Part shown: in pieces, positions 50,761-64,000 of the stretch | Position numbering within the stretch: position 1 is the first letter of the stretch | How the letters are laid out: each line of letters starts with the position of its first letter | Assembly: GCF_963921235.1 (NCBI RefSeq) | Contig: NC_086108.1 | Span: 27,468,001-27,532,000 of the forward strand | Source of the DNA: Mobula hypostoma | Lineage: Eukaryota | Reading direction: 5' to 3' | Length of the DNA stretch: 64,000 bases | The notes under the pieces: generated by a model | What the model saw: the letters and a program-made list of their open reading frames with translations, nothing else | The model's database searches: none | What the model was told of the DNA's origin: nothing | Program-made: the position numbers and the translations under genes

Positions 50761-53580
50761 CTGTACCTTCTCTGCAATGTGTAGCTGCAGTTCTCATTGG
50801 CTTATGTTAAAATGCAAAAGAAGATCAACATTAAAATTTATAAATCACTGTAAGCATGCGGAGTTAAAGGTAACAATACATTATCCTCTACATTAACCCT
50901 CTGTCTTTCTATGAACTCAGTAAATCATGGTGCATGAGCCGAACATTTCGGAGACCTCAATCACTGAGGGCTCTCTATTTTTCTTCTACAATGAAAGAAT
51001 AATAAAGGAAATAGAATATGTGGTTCAGGTCCCTTTCAGGGAAATAAAACACCTTTAATGTCAGAGTGAAATTGTCAGCATTGCCTTTGGTGCTTGCAAA
51101 TTTTGTATCTTTCTCAGGAGTATGAGGGAGACTACTGGAAATAAAATAACCCAGACAGGAACACAATATTTACGTCTTGGATGGGCTCTGAATTTAAATT
51201 AGACTATCCTGAATTCCATCTGTTAAATCATCCAGCATATGCGAATATTATCACACATTAACTACCCGCCTAACGTGCTACAGCTGGAGACAATGTGCCA
51301 TTTCTGGCAATTACTGGAGTTCTGCATCATCTCTACAATATCAAACAGCTGTAATAGGCTGCATCAACAATCTAAGCATGAGAGGATTGGTCCTATTTGG
51401 CAGAGCCTGGTTTTGTCACCTCATAGAGATCTACACTTCATTTCTTTTTTGTAATCCATTTTACAAATTTAGCCCTGCATGTTTTGCTTCCCCAAGTTCA
51501 GCAAAATCAACTGTTCCAATCTGAGCATTTTCATTTAATGGTTGACTGATATTGTCCTTTGTTTACTGAAACAATAATACAGCCCAATATATATTCAATC
51601 ATCCTGAAGTATGGTGTCTTCATAACAGTCAAGATGAGGTTTAGTTTATATTCCTAAGAAGATGTAAAAAAGTTCAAAGTACATTTATTATCAGATCATG
51701 TATACACTATGTATCCTTGAAACTCATCTCCTTTCAGTCAGCCACAAAACAAACAAACCTCAAAAGAACCCACCAAAAAGACCATCAAACACCCAATGCA
51801 TAGAGAAAGAAAAAAATAAATAACGCAAACAACAAAAGCAAGAAAATAGGTTCAGAACTAAAGCTTTATGAAAGATATGAAGCCAGGTGTCACTGCAGCT
51901 GGTGCTGGCAACAGTTCCAGTTCATACCAAAGCCGAGTAAACATTGCGAGACCATAGGCACAAAGCCAGCCATTACTGCAGCTGACAATACACTCCAGCA
52001 TAGGGACAGATGTTGCATTTTCTCTGCTGGTTCCGTGGTGCAGAAGGGAAAGAGCAAGGTGAGGAATACAGTAGTCACAGGGGATTCTATAACGAGGGGA
52101 ACAGACAGGAGGTTCTGTCAGTCTGATAGAGATACCCGCATGGTGTGTTGCCTGCCAGGTGTCAGGGTATGGGATGTCTCAGATCAGGTGCAGAGTATTC
52201 TGAAGGGAGAGGGTGAACAGCCAGAAGTCTTGCTACATGTTGGTACCAATGACATAGGCAGAATAAGGGAGGAGGTCCTGAAGGGAGAACTCGGGGAGTT
52301 TGGTAGAAACATGGAACATAGAAACAAAAAAAACCTACAGCACAATAAAGGCCCTTCGGCCCACAATGTTGCCGAAAATGTACTTACTTTAGAAATTACC
52401 TCGGATTACCCTATTTTTCTAAGCTCCATGTACTTATCCAAGAGCCTTTTATAATACCCTATTGTATCCGCCTCCACAACCATCTCCATCACCCCATTCC
52501 ATGCACTCACCATTCTCTGCATAAAAAAACTTACCCCTGAGATCTCCTCTGTACCTGCTTCTGAGCACCTTAAAACTGTGTCCTCTCGTGCTAGCCATCT
52601 CAGCCCTGGGAAAAGATCTGTATCCACATGATCAATGCTTCTCATCATCTTGTACACCTCTCTCAGGTCACCTCTCATCCTCCATCGCTCCAAGGAAAAA
52701 AAGCCAAGTTCACTCAACCTATTCTCATAAGGCATGCTCCCCAATCCAAGCAACATCCTTGTAAATCTCCTCTGCACCCTTTCTATGGTTTCCACATCCT
52801 TCCTGTAGTGCGGCGACCAGAACTGAGCACAGTACTCCAAGTGGGGTCTGACCAGGGTCCTACATAGCTGCAACATTACCTCTTGGCTCTTAAACTCAAT
52901 CCCACAGTTGATGAAGGCCAATGCTCCATATGCCTTCTTAACCACAGAGTCAACCTGCGCAGCAGCTTTGAGTGTCTTATGGACTCAGACCCCAAGATCC
53001 CTCTGATCCTCCACACTGTCAAGAGTCTTGCCATTAATACTATATTCTGCCATCATATTTGACCTACCAAAATGAACCACCCCACACTTATCTGGGTTGA
53101 ACTCCATCTGCCACTTCTCAGCCCAATTTTGCATCCTATTAATGTCCTGCTGTAACCTCTGACAGCCCTCCACACTTTCCACAACAACCCCAACCATCAG
53201 GAAATTTATTAACCCATCTCTCCACTTCCTCATCAAGGTCATTTATAAAAATAACGAAGAGTAGGGGTCCCAAAACAGATCCCTGAGGTGCACCACTGGT
53301 CACTAACTTCCATGCAGAATATGACCCATCTATAACCACTATTTGCCTTCTGTGGGAAAGACAGTTCTGGATCCACAGAGCAATATCCCCTTGGATCCCA
53401 CGCCTCTTTATTTTCTCAATAAGCCTTGCATGGGGTACCTTATCAAATGCCTTGCTGAAATCCATATATGCTACATCTACTGCTCTGTCTTCATCAATGT
53501 GTTTAGTCACATGCTCAAAAAATTCAATCAGGTTTGTAAGGCATGACCTACCTTTGATAAAGCCATTCTGACTATTCCTA

Positions 53581-54226
53581 ATGGCATTTATAGCGAGAGG
53601 TTTCGAGTACAGGAGCAGGGAGGTACTACTGCAGTTGTACAAGGCCTTGGTGAGACCACACCTGGAGTATTGTGTGCAGTTTTGGTCCCCTAATCTGAGG
53701 AAAGACATCCTTGCCATAGAGGGAGTACAAAGAAGGTTCACCAGATTGATTCCTGGGATGGCAGGACTTTCATATGAAGAAAGACTGGATGAACTGGGCT
53801 TGTACTCGTGGGAATTTAGAAGATTGAGGGGGAATCTGATTGAAACGTATAAGATCCTAAAGGGATTGGACAGGCTAGATGCAGGAAGATTGTTCCCGAT
53901 GTTGGGGAAGTCCAGAACGAGGGGCCACAGTTTGAGGATAGAGGGGAAGCCTTTTAGGACCGAGATTAGGAAAAACTTCTTCACACAGAGAGTGGTGAAT
54001 CTGTGGAATTCTCTGCCACAGGAAACAGTTGAGGCCAGTTCATTGGCTATATTTAAGAGGGAGTTAGATATGGCCCTTGTGGCTACAGGGGTCAGGGGGT
54101 ATGGAAGGAAGGCTGGGGCGGGGTTCTGAGTTGGATGATCAGCCATGATCATAATAAATGGCGGTGCAGGCTCGAAGGGCCGAATAGCCTACTCCTGCAC
54201 CTATTTTCTATGTTTCTATGTTTCTA
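53581..54226 (+). mobile_element. Young CR1 3' fragment, same subfamily as 29644-31732
   Basis: About 16 differences counted by eye over about 650 bp versus 31086-31732; same tail. Confidence 0.95.
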
Positions 54227-55576
54227 TATTATGCCTCTCCAAATGTTCATAAATCCTGCCTCTCAGGATCTTCTCCATCAACTTACCAACCACTGAAGAA
54301 AGACTCACTGGTCTATAATTTACTGGGCTATCTCTACTCCTTTCTTGAATAATGGATCAACATATGCAACCCTCCAATCCTCCAGAACCTCTCCCTTCTT
54401 CACTGATGGTATAAAGATCTTTGCCAGAGGCTCAGCAATCTCCTCCCTAACCTCCCACAGTAGCCTAGGGTATATTTCTTCCAGTCCCGGTGACTTATCC
54501 AACTTGATGCTTTCCAAAATCTCCAGCATATCCTCTTTCTTAATGTCTATATGCTCAAGCTTTTCAGTCCACTGTAAATCATCCCTACAATCACAAAGGT
54601 CCTTTTCTGTACTGAATACTGAGGCAAAATATTCATTAAGTACCTCCGCTATCTCCTCTTGTTCCATACCCACTTTTCCACTGTCAAACTTGATTGGTCC
54701 TATTTTCTCACATAGTATCCTTTTGCACTTCACATATTTATAGAATGCCTTGGGGTTTTCCTTAATCCTGCTCACCAATGCTTTCTCGTGGCCCCTTTTG
54801 GCTCTCCTAATTTCATTCTTAAGCTTCCTCCTGCTAGCCTTATAATGTTCTAGATCTCTATCATAACAAAGGTTTTTGAACCTTTTGTAAGCTCTTCTTT
54901 TCTTCTTGACTAGATTTTCAACTGCCTTTGTACACCACGGTTCTTGTACCCTACCATCCTTTCCCTGTTTCTTTGGAACGTACTTGTGCAGAACGCCATG
55001 CAAGTATCCCCTGAACATTTGCCACATTTCTGCCATACATTTCCCTGAGAACATCTGTTCCCAATTTATGTTTCCAAGTTCCTGCCTGATAGCTTCATAT
55101 TTCCCCTTACTCCAATTAAATGCTTTCCTAACTTTTCTGTTCCTATCCCTCTCCAATGCTATGGTAAAGGATATAGAATTGTGATCACTATCTCCAAAAT
55201 GCTTTTCCACTGAGAGACCTGACACCTGACTAGGTTCATTTCCCAATACCAGATCAAGTACAGCCTCTCCTCTTGCAGGCTTATCTATATATTATGACAG
55301 GAAACCTTCCTGAACACACCTAACAAGCTCCATCTCATCTAAACACCTCACTCTAGGGAGATGCCAAATAACACTGGGGAAATTAAAATCCCCCAGCATG
55401 ACAACCTGTTATTAGTGCACCGTTCCAGAATCTGTCTCCCTATCTGCTCCTTGATGTCCCTGTTACTATTGGGTGGTGTATAAAAAAACACCCAGTAGAG
55501 TTTTTGACCCTTTCCTGTTTCTAACTTCCACCCACAGAGACTCTGTATACAATCCCTCCATGACTTCCTCCTTTTC

Positions 55577-56889
55577 TGTCATGGTCCGGTCCGTGAAGTC
55601 CGTATTCCGGTTCACGTTCCAGTCCATCCACCCTTGCTCCAGGTTTTCCTGTTTACCCTGTTTCTGTTCTTGTTGAGCTCTAATTGAGGCAGCTGATGCT
55701 CGTTGGGGTTGGCTGCATAAATACCTCCAGAGACCAGGGTGTGGTTGCTGGATTGTTCTTGTCCTTACTCCTTGTATCCCTTCCTCTGCCTTCTGTTTCC
55801 TCGCCTGAAGCCCTGCCTTGTCTTGCCGGTAACTCTCACCTTGCCTGAAGTTCTTGTCTCGCCCTGCATTGCCTGAAGCCTTGCCTGGTCTTGCTGGTAA
55901 CTCTCACCTCGTCTCGCCTTCAGTCTTGTCCTGGAGCCACCCCGTACCTAGCTCCATGCCTGTCCCTTGCCTCCGCCGGGTAAGTCAGGTTGTCTTGCCA
56001 TTACCCTGTGGCTAGTTCTGTCCCTTCCTGTCCCTTGCCTCTGTCAGGTAAGCCAGGCCGTCTTGTCATTACCTGCAGTTGGTTCTGTCCCTTCCTGTCC
56101 CTTGCCTCCGTCGGGTAAACCAGGCCGTCTTGCCGTTACCTGTGGTTGGTTCTGTCCCTTCCTGTCCCTTGCCTCCATCGGGTAAGCCAGGCCATCTTGC
56201 CATTACCTGCAGTAGGTTCTGTCCCTTCCTGTCCCATGCCTCCGTCGGGTGGAGTACCACGCCCTGCCCAGGAGGAGCCTCTAGTCTCCAGTCTCCAGCC
56301 AAGTCTCTAGCCTCCTGCCTCCAGCATCCTGCCTCCAGCCTCATCTCCAGTCTAGCCTCCAGCCTCCTGCCAAGCCTCACCTCAAGTCGCTAGCCTGAAG
56401 CCTCCTGCCAAGCCTCGCCTCAAGTCTCTAGCCTGAAGCCTCCTGCCAAGCCTCACCTCAAGTCTCTAGCTTCTAGCCTCAAGCCTGAAGACTCCAGTCC
56501 CCTACCTCCTGCCAAGCCTCGTCTCTAGGCTCTAGCCTCTAGCCTCAAGCCTGAAGACTCCAGCCTCCTGCATCCTGTCAAGCCTCGCCTCAATTCTCTA
56601 GCCTCTAGCCTCAAGCCTGAAGACTCCAGCCTCATCCTGCCTGCCAGCCAAGCCTCATCCTTGCCTAGATCTGGGGTCCGAGCCAGAGGCAAGACCCAGG
56701 TACTGGGTCCGTGTCCAGACTCTGGCTCGGAGTCCAAGCTCGGGCTCCTAGCTCTCTTGTCCAGTCCTGTTCCAGGTTCCTGGTTTTCCTGTCCATGTCC
56801 TTGCCATCACCCTGTATCCTAGTCTTGTCCCTAGTACTTCAGTGTCTGTGTCTTGCACTTGGATCCGTTCCCAGCCACTCCTTATGACA
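55577..56889. mobile_element. Solo-LTR-like element, 1313 bp, copy 2
   Basis: TGTCAT...ATGACA termini; TSD ttttc (55572-55576, 56890-56894); first 40 bp nearly identical to 19633 onward. Confidence 0.88.
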
Positions 56890-59800
56890 TTTTCTGCAGC
56901 TGTGACGCTATCTCTGATCAGCAGTGCCATGACCCCACCTCTTTTGCCTCCCTCCCTGTCCTTTCTGAAACATCTAATGCCTGGCACTCTAAATAGCCAT
57001 TCCTGCCCCTGAACCATCCAAGTCTTAGTAATGGCCACAACATCGTAGCTCCAAGTACTGATCCACGCTCTAAACTTATCCGCTTTGTTCATGATGCTTC
57101 TTGCATTAAAATAGACTCATCTCAAACCATCAGTCTGAGCATAGCCCTTCTCTATCACCTGCCTATCCTCCCTCTCACACTGCCTACAAGATTTCTCTAT
57201 TTGTGACTAACTGCCCCTTCCTCCGTCTCTTCAGTTCAGTTCCCACCCCCCAGCAATTCTAGTTTAAACTCTCTCCAATAGCCTTAGCAAACCTCCCTGC
57301 CAAGATATTGGTCCCCCTCGGATTCAAGTGCAACCCATCCTTTTTGTACAGGTCACGCTTACCCCAAAAGAGGTCCCAACGATCCAGAAATCTGAATCCT
57401 TGCCCCTTCCTCCAATCCCTCAGGCACGCATTTATCCTCCACCTCACTCTACACTGAAACTCACTGTCACGTGGCACAGGCAGTAATCCAAAGATTACTA
57501 TCTTTGAGGTCCTGTTTCTCAGCTTCTTTCCTAATTCCCTGTAGTCTGTTTTCAGGACCTCCTCCCTTTTCCTACCTATGTCGTTGGTACCAATAAGTAC
57601 CACGACCTCTAGCTGTCCATCTTCCCACTTCAGGATATCGTGGACGTGATCAGAATCATCCCAGTCCCTGGCATCTGGGAGGCAAACTACCATCTGTATT
57701 TCTTTCTTGCATCCTCAGAATCACCTGTCTGTCCCCCTAACTATAGACTCCTCTATCACTGCTGCCATCCCCTTCCTTTCCCTACCCTTCTGAGCCAGAG
57801 GGCCAGACTTTGTGCCAGAGGTATGGCCACTGTTGCTTCCCCCAGGTAGGCCGTTCCCCCCGACAGTACTCAAACAGGAGTACTTATTGTTAAGGGGAAC
57901 AGTCACAGGGGTACTCTCTAGTTTCTGACTTTGCCCTTCCCTCTCCTGGCTGTTATCCACTTACCTGTCTCCCGAGTCCCCAGTGTGACTACTTGCCTAT
58001 CGCTCCTCTCTGTCACCTCCTCACTTTCCTTTACCAGACGAAGGTCAGCAAGCTGCATCTCCAGTTCCCTAATGCGGTCCCTAAGGAGCTGCATCTCGAC
58101 GCACCTGACGCAGATGTGGCCATCCAGGAGGCTGGGAGTCTCCCAAATGTCCCACATCTAACACCCAGTATAGAACACCAACCTCACGGACATATTTCCT
58201 GTTTCTATTCTACACAAGCAACTTACCTCGCCTCGACCCGTTATCGTCAAAGCCCTGTTGAGACAAAGCCCTCCTACTCTGGCTCTCTGTACTCCATCGC
58301 CTGCTCATCAATACCCACTCTATCACCTGTCTTCTTTTTAAATCTGTCCCGCCGGTCTAACTCACTGATGTTCACGTGCTTGTGCAGTCGTGCCTCAATC
58401 AAACCGCTGAAGAAAAGACTCTTCCCCTTTTAGATCCTTCCCGCCGGTCTAACTCGCTGACGTCCATGTGCTTGCGCAGTCGTGCCCTGATCAAAATGCA
58501 GGGAAGCTGAAAAGTAGGACCTCCAGGGTAGGAATCTCAGGATTGCTGCCTGTGCCGTGTGCTAACGAGTGCAAGAAAGCATGATCAGGCATAGTAGGGG
58601 GCAGGACTTTAGATTCCTGGATCACTGGGGCCTCTTCTGAAGGAGGTATGATCTGTACAAAAAGGGCGGATTACACCTGAACCCAAAGGGGTCCAATATC
58701 CTAGCAGGCAGGTTGAATAGAGCTGTTAGGGAGGACTTAAACTAATTTGGGAGAGGGAAGGGAACTGGAGTGATAGGGCTGAGGAAGGGGAAAACAGAAA
58801 TAAATCAAAGATAACATGCAACAGAGATGATAGAAAGGACAGGCAGCCGATAAGGCAGTGGGATAATTTACAGGGCAATAGAGGTGTGGTGCAGTTAAAA
58901 CAGAAAGCAACAAATACTGGACTGAAAGTGTTATATTTGAATGCACATAGCATAATAAGTAAAATGGACGATGTTGAAATTCAGCTACAGTTTAGAAGTA
59001 TGACATCATGGCCATCTCTGAGACTTGGCTAAAGGATGGCTGTCATTGGGAGTTGAATGTCCAAGGATATACGGTGTATCAGAAAGCTGGGTTAGTAGGC
59101 AGAGGGGGTGGTGTATAAGAAATAATATTAAATCATTAGACAGGGATGACATAGGATCAGAAGGTGTAGAGTCTCTATGGGTTGAGTTGAGAAATGGCAA
59201 GGGTAAAAGGACCTTAATGGCAGTTGTGTACAATCCTCCAAACAGCAGCCAGGATGTGGATTACAAATTACAACAGGAGACAGAAAAGGCGTGTCAGCAG
59301 GGCAATGTCATGATAATCATTAGGGATTTTAACATGAAAGTGGATTGGGAAAACCAGGTCAGTACTGGACCTCAAGAGAGAATTTGTAGAATGTCTGAAG
59401 GATGGCCTTTTAGAACAGCTTGTTACTGAACCCACTACAGGATCGGCTGTGCTGGATTGGATGCTGTGCAATGATTTGGAGATAATAAGAAAGTTTAAGG
59501 TTAAGGAACTCTTAGGGAACAGTGATCACAATATGATCGAGATCACTTTGAAATTTGAGAAGGAGAAACTAAAATCCAATGTGTTGGTATTTCAGTGGAA
59601 TAAAGGAAATTACAATGGCATGAGAGGGGAATTGGCCAAAATTGACTGGAAAGGGGCACTAATAGGATGGACAGCAGATCAGTAATGGCTGGAACTTCTG
59701 CGAAAAATGAAGGAAGTGCAAGACAGATATACTCCAAATAAGAAGGAATTTTCAAATGGAAGAAGGACACTACTGTGGCTGACAAGTGAAGTCAGAGCAA

Positions 59801-61899
59801 AAGTATAAGCAAAAGAGAGGGCATACAAGGAAGCCAAAGCCAGTGGGAAGCTTTTAAAAACTTGCAGAAGGAAACTAAGAAGGTCATTAGGAAGGAAAAG
59901 ATGAATTGTGAAAGGAAGGTGGCGACTACTATCAAAGAAGATACTAAAAGCTTTTTAAGTATATACAGGGTAAAAGTGAGTCGAGGGTAGATATAGGACA
60001 AATAGAAAACGATACTGGAGATATTGTAATGATAGACACAGAGATGACAGAGGATCTGAATGCATATTTTGCATCTGTCTTCACAGTGGAAGATATCTGC
60101 AGTATTCCAGAGATTCAAGAGTGTCAGGCAAGTGGAGTATGTGCAGTGAAAATTACGACTGAGAAAGGTGCTCAGGAAACTTAATGGTCTGAGGGTGGAT
60201 AAATCTCCTGGACCTGATGGAATGCACCCTCGGGTTCTGAAGGAAGTAGCTAGAAAGATTGCAGAGGCATTAACAATGATTTTCAAGAATCGATAGATTC
60301 TGGCATTGTACCTGATGTCTGGAAAATTGCAAAAGTTACACCGCTATTTATGGAGGGTGGGAGGCAGCAGAAAGGAAACTATAGTCCTGTTAGCCTGACG
60401 TCAGTGGTTGGGAAGTTGCTGGAATCGATTGTTAAGGATGAGATTACAGAGTACCTGGAGGCACATTACAAGATAAGCCAAAGCCGGCATGATTTCCTGA
60501 TAGGAAAATTCTGCCTGACAAACCTACTGCAATTTTTTGAGGAAATTACAAGGAGGGTAGACAAAGGAGATGTAGTAGATGTAGTGTACTTAGATTTTCA
60601 GAAGGCCTTTGACAAGGTGCCACTCATGAGGCTGCTTAGCAAGATAAGAGCCCATGGAATTACAGGGGAATTACTAACATGGGTGGAGCATTGTCTGGTC
60701 GGCAGAAAACAGAGAGTGAGAATAAAAGGATTCCATTCTGGCTGGCTGCCAGTTACCAGTGGAGTTCCACAGGGGTCGGTGTTGGGACTGCTGATTCTTA
60801 TGATGTATGTCAATGATTTGGACTATGGGATTAATGGATTTTGGCTAAATTTGCCAATGATACAAAGCTAAGTGGAGGAGCGGGTAGTGTTGAGGAAACA
60901 GAGAGCCTGCAGAGAGACTTAGATAGTTTAGGGGAATGGGCAAAGAAGTGGCAAATGAAATACAATGTTGGAAAGTATATGGTCATGCACTGTGGTGGAA
61001 GAAATAAACAGGCAGACTAATATTTAGATGGGGAGATGCAAAGGGACTTGGGAGTCCTTGTGCAGGATATGCTAAAGATTAACCTCCAGGTTGACTCGGT
61101 GGTGTGGAAGGCAAACGTAATGTTAGCATTCATTTCAAGAGGTATAGAATATAAGAGCAGGGATGTGATGTTGAGGCTCCCAAAGGGCACTTCTGAGACC
61201 ACAAGGAATATTGTGTACAGTTTTGGGCTCCTTATTTTAGAAAGGATATACTGACATTGGAGTAGGTTCAGAGAAGATTCACAAGAATGATTCCAGGAAT
61301 GAAAGGGTTACCGTATGAAGAAAGTCTGGCAGCACCTGGGCTGTATTCCCTGGAGTTCGGGAGAATGAGGGGTGATCTCATAGAAACATTCCAAATGTTA
61401 AAAGGCCTGAACAGATTAGATATGGCAAAGTTATTTCCCATGGTAGGGAATTCTAGAACAAGAGGGCACGACTTCAGGATTGAAGGATATCCATTTGGAA
61501 CAAAGAACCAGAGAAATTACTTTAGTCAGAGGGTGGTAAATCTGTGGAAATTGTTGCCACGAACAGCTATGGAGGCCAAGTCATTGGGTGTATTTAAGAC
61601 AGAGATAGATAGGTTCTTGATTACCCAGGGTATCAAAGGATATGAGGTGAAGGCAGGGGATTGGAGATGACTGGAAGAATTGGATCAGCCCATGATTGAA
61701 TGGCAGAGCAGACTCGATGGTTCAAATGGCCTACTCCTGTTCTTATATCTTATGGTCTTATGGAATTTGGTATACTTCTCCTAACTCTGTGTACTATATT
61801 CAGAACATCTCCACTGTGTAAGATTGGCTTATCAATTCGCAGAGACTTCTGGATCACTCCACAAGAGAAACTCTGTGTTTGTAGCTGCTTGTCGTTTTA

Positions 61900-62480
61900 A
61901 CTCACCAGCCCTTTCTTCTTCCTCTGTCTATATCCGCCTGCCTTGTTCCAGTGAAGCTCAACATAAAGTCATGGAGCAGCACCTTGCATTCTGACTAACC
62001 ACATCACAGGCTTCCTGCCTCAGTGTTTCAAATAATTAACTTCTCCAGAAACCTTCAGATTTCTAGCATTCACAGCATAGTTGCTGAGATGCTTCTTTAG
62101 ATATCTTTATGCAGAGAGTGGTGAGTGCACGGAATGGGTTGCCGGTGGCGGCGGTGGAGGTGGAAACAATGGGGTCTTTTAAGAGACTCCTGGATGACTA
62201 CATGGAGCTTAGGAAAATAGAGGGCTATGGGTAAAGCCTAGGTAGTTCTAAGGTAGGGATATATTCGGCACAGCTTTGTGGGCCTGTATTGCACTGTAGG
62301 TTTTCAATGTTTCTATATTCACATCCTGTTTCTCTTTCCCTTTCACTTAGTTCATCTCCCTTGCCTTCCATCCCATCATCGACCTTCCCTTTGATGTACT
62401 ACCTGTGCGCCACAGCTCACATCACTTTGCTTTGCATCTTTAAGCCTATTTAATCTCTAACTGCTCCCAGATCTGATAGA
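61900..62480 (+). mobile_element. Old PLE 3' end interrupted by a CR1 3' fragment (about 62105-62320)
   Basis: CSSEAQHKVMEQHLAF*L resembles the PLE GIY-YIG domain end; pyrimidine-rich UTR follows. Confidence 0.55.
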
Positions 62481-62559
62481 GTCATGAAGCACAGAAAAGT
62501 GGTAATCTAGTGGTAAAAGTGGAAACTATAACTGATGAAAGACCGAGTAGTGGTAAAAT

Positions 62560-63600
62560 AAAGTTCAAGTTCATTGTCATTGAACCATACACATATATTC
62601 TGCCAAATGAATCAATGACACAAGTTAAGAAGTAAACAGTATAATATTATTGGCATTGCATAAGTGATGAGGTGTGGGTAGTGGAAAGGTGTTTGGTCAT
62701 CTTACTGCCTGGGGGAAGAAGTTGTTTTCCATTCTAGCAGTTCTTGCCTTAATGCTATGAAACCACCTGCCTGATGGTTGGGGTCAAAGAAGTTGATGGA
62801 CAGTTGGGATGAATCATTGATAGTGCTAGGAGCCCTGTGTACACTGCATTCTTGATAAATATTCACTAATGGGTGGAAAAGAGACCCTGATGATCCTCAG
62901 CAGTCCTTTGTAGGGACACACACTCAGATGCTTTGTAATTCCCCTGCCAGATGATGATGCAGATGGTCAGGACACTCTCAATGGTGCTCCTATAAAAATT
63001 GGTTAGAATGGAGTGAGAGAGTCACGTCTGCCTTAATCTCCTCAGGAAGTGGAGATGCTGTTGTGCTTTCTTGACCAAAGAGGTGGTGTTGAGGGACCAT
63101 GTGAGATCATCCATTTTGTGCACTTGCAGAAACTTTGTGCTCCTAACACAATCCATGGAGGAGCTGATTATGTACAGTGATGATTGGTCAGCCTACGTCT
63201 TCCTAAAGGCCCAAATCAACTCTTTGGTCTTGTCCGCATTCAGACACATTATTGTGCTCACACCAATCTCTCAGCCACTCTAAATCCACTCTGTATGCCG
63301 TCTTGTCATTATTGTTGATGATGTCAAACACTGTGGTGTCATCAGTGAATTTGATGATTTGGATTGAACTGGATCTAGCAGTGCAGTCATACTCAGCAGT
63401 ATGAACAGCAGTGGGATGAGCACACAACCCTGGGGAGCGCTGGTGCTCAGCATGAAGCTGCTAGAGAGGTTTCTGGCAACACAAACTGACTGTGGTCTTT
63501 CTGTAAAGAAGTCCAAGAGCCACTTATAGAGAGAGTTGTTGAGACACAACGAGAAACAGTTTGCACATCAGCTTCTGAAGGATGATCAAAAACCCTCAAC
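62560..63600 (-). mobile_element. Decayed Rex1/Babar LINE 3' fragment
   Basis: WLLDFFTERPQSV..SAPQGCVL and IIKFTDDTTV; gttcaagttc tail. Confidence 0.85.
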
Positions 63601-64000
63601 AAGTCAGGCAGTGTCTGAGCGATAAGTAACAGTTCATGATTCCGCTGGAAGACCTTTCTGCAGAGCTGATTGACAAAGAGTTTGCAGTTCTGTGTCTCTT
63701 GATACATCCTCACATACTGAGAATTTCCAGCAATTTCTCTTTATATTTTTAGTAAGTCATAGAACATTCACTTTATTAATGAATAATGCACATTATCCCA
63801 CATATTGTTGTACAGATTTCAATCTGACTATCCTCCTACTCTCTAACTTTTGCAAGGAATTTGCTGGATTTCTTCCAAAATAGAATTTGACTCTCCCGGT
63901 AAGTGTCCTGCTATAGAGTCTCTGTTCAAGTCTTTTTGTCTCACTTTAACACATGACCAAGAGAAATTGAAGGGATTTACAGCAGAGTGTGAGATGTTAT

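Larger units (their letters stand above)
52306..58500 (-). mobile_element. Apparently full-length decayed CR1 (inner) with 5' UTR, ORF1 and ORF2
   Basis: ORF1 zinc finger/coiled coil HICVRCVEMQLLRDRIRELE and esterase GTND..DGLHLN; endonuclease 57092 to 55200; RT 55246 to 52406; tail near 52306. Confidence 0.92.
52030..61762 (+). mobile_element. Near full-length CR1 (outer), split within ORF1 by the 52306-58500 insertion
   Basis: SGNH esterase ORF1 VTGDS..HVGTND..EFGR resumes as KLKSRTSRV.ISGLLPV at 58501; endonuclease 58900-59560; RT 60200-61670; tcttatgg tail. Confidence 0.92.

Noticed and set aside
52035..52454. Host GDSL/SGNH esterase gene
   Set aside because: It is CR1 ORF1, continuing at 58501 into endonuclease and RT
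53139..54152. 337 aa minus-strand ORF as a novel gene
   Set aside because: Chance fusion of the antisense frame of the young CR1 with the sense RT frame of the older CR1 at 53580

Overview
Eukaryotic, repeat-dominated 64 kb window with no recognisable host protein-coding exon, rRNA, tRNA or CRISPR array. The repeat mix (CR1 LINEs with esterase ORF1, Rex1/Babar, RTE, V-SINE/HE1-like SINEs, Penelope-derived palindromes, Tc1/mariner, Tigger and hAT MITEs, a Gypsy element) suggests a cartilaginous fish, probably a ray; this is inference. Two deep insertion nests can be reconstructed from junctions and target-site duplications (TSDs): 27.5-36.4 kb and 52.0-61.8 kb. Best candidates for a second look: (1) a decayed Hero/NeSL-like restriction-endonuclease retrotransposon (12178-15443) with ~200 bp terminal direct repeats, ~120 bp flanking duplications, and a speculative permuted hammerhead-like motif in each repeat; (2) Penelope-derived inverted-repeat elements with well-formed minimal hammerhead ribozymes (best at 3187-3867); (3) a four-copy ~540 bp MITE whose terminal inverted repeats (TIRs) are themselves palindromic mini-transposons; (4) two related solo-LTR-like elements with different internal minisatellites. 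All family assignments come from motif recognition by eye; no searches or folding were run, and boundaries of old fragments are approximate.
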